Below, in pieces: positions 63,747-64,000 of a DNA stretch of 64,000 bases. The translations under genes were made by a program, and so were the position numbers. This DNA is from an uncultured Caulobacterales bacterium (GTDB lineage: Bacteria > Pseudomonadota > Alphaproteobacteria > Caulobacterales > Caulobacteraceae), in the NCBI GenBank assembly GCA_903900155.1, contig CAIUMD010000025.1, forward strand, positions 22,458 through 86,457, written 5' to 3'. Below the pieces are notes generated by a model. It had not been told where the DNA came from and made no database searches. It saw nothing but the letters and a program-made list of their open reading frames with translations. Each line of letters opens with the position of its first letter. Position 1 is the stretch's first letter.

Positions 63747-63769
63747 CCTCCCCCGCGATGCGGGGGAGG
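63747..63769. repeat. GC-rich REP-like hairpin
   Basis: 10-bp stem cctcccccgc/gcgggggagg with a 3-nt loop. Same sequence style as the units at 24560-24674. Confidence 0.6.
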
Positions 63770-63900
63770 CGGCCCAGAGGGCCGGAGCGGGCTAATGCGG
63801 CAGGCGTCCAGTTCGCCCCCTCTGTCGCGGAGTTTATCCTCGGGCCGGCGACGCCGGACCCGGGGGCGACAGCTCTCCCGTATCACAGGGGAGCATCTAC

Positions 63901-64000
63901 CTACTGTTTCGGCTTGCCTGACCCGATGCGGTTCACGTCCAAGAGCTCGATGCGGAAGATCATCACGCTGTTGGCCGGGATCGGGCCCTTGTCCTGAGCG
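63901..64000 (-). CDS. FKBP-type peptidyl-prolyl isomerase, C-terminal end (partial at window edge)
   Basis: The minus strand reads ...AQDKGPIPANSVMIFRIELLDVNRIGSGKPKQ*. IP.NS...F.IELLDV is the typical FKBP C-terminus. Confidence 0.7.
   Translation of the reverse strand, partial: AQDKGPIPANSVMIFRIELLDVNRIGSGKPKQ

Noticed and set aside
1-64000. CRISPR arrays, rRNA genes, prophage or integrase genes
   Set aside because: I saw no regularly spaced direct repeats, no rRNA-like stretches, and no integrase, recombinase or phage structural proteins in the ORF set. The only mobile-element trace is the element at 26854-27469.

Overview
The window is GC-rich (about two-thirds G+C by eye) and its gene content and intergenic repeats look alphaproteobacterial, probably Caulobacter-like; that assignment is an inference. 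High GC produces many long antisense ORFs with no recognisable motifs, so I called genes only where the protein showed recognisable family motifs. Positions 1-26850 look like core housekeeping genes. They include a cystathionine beta-synthase plus gamma-lyase pair, transaldolase, scattered nucleotide-sugar genes (rfbD, gmhB, manC, rfbB, rfbC and a GT2), nadE, tkt, tRNA-Ala(CGC), yggT/DUF167, a hybrid histidine kinase, a dcm-cysK-vsr string, purU, argE and threonine dehydratase. At 26854-27469 a 616-bp element with perfect 20-bp terminal inverted repeats carries an IS5/IS1182-type transposase N-terminal fragment. It abuts a truncated SDR gene and appears to mark a junction with accessory DNA. 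Positions 27.7-63.6 kb are a mosaic of catabolic and transport modules, each with its own regulator. (1) A TonB-dependent receptor and an Fe-ADH. (2) An 11-gene GntR/AraC-associated cluster: ALDH, BKACE, SDR, two amidohydrolase_2 proteins, MFS, SnoaL-like, an unknown 308-aa protein and an HpcH aldolase. (3) A compact DUF305 / beta-propeller / ECF sigma / anti-sigma module flanked by lower-GC noncoding DNA. (4) An MFS gene followed by two tandem Tat-signal paralogues with an acetoacetate-decarboxylase-like pattern, next to an IclR gene. (5) An operon of isochorismatase-type amidase, LeuCD-like hydratase, ICL/PEPM-family lyase and two PuuE-like deacetylases. (6) A TonB receptor and a DUF3089 hydrolase. 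(7) csiD(glaH)-lhgO with a divergent LysR regulator. I saw no CRISPR array, rRNA or prophage. The candidates most worth follow-up are the Tat-signal ADC-fold tandem pair, the amide-to-branched-dicarboxylate operon, the BKACE island, the ECF module, the dcm-cysK-vsr arrangement and the IS-bounded cassette.
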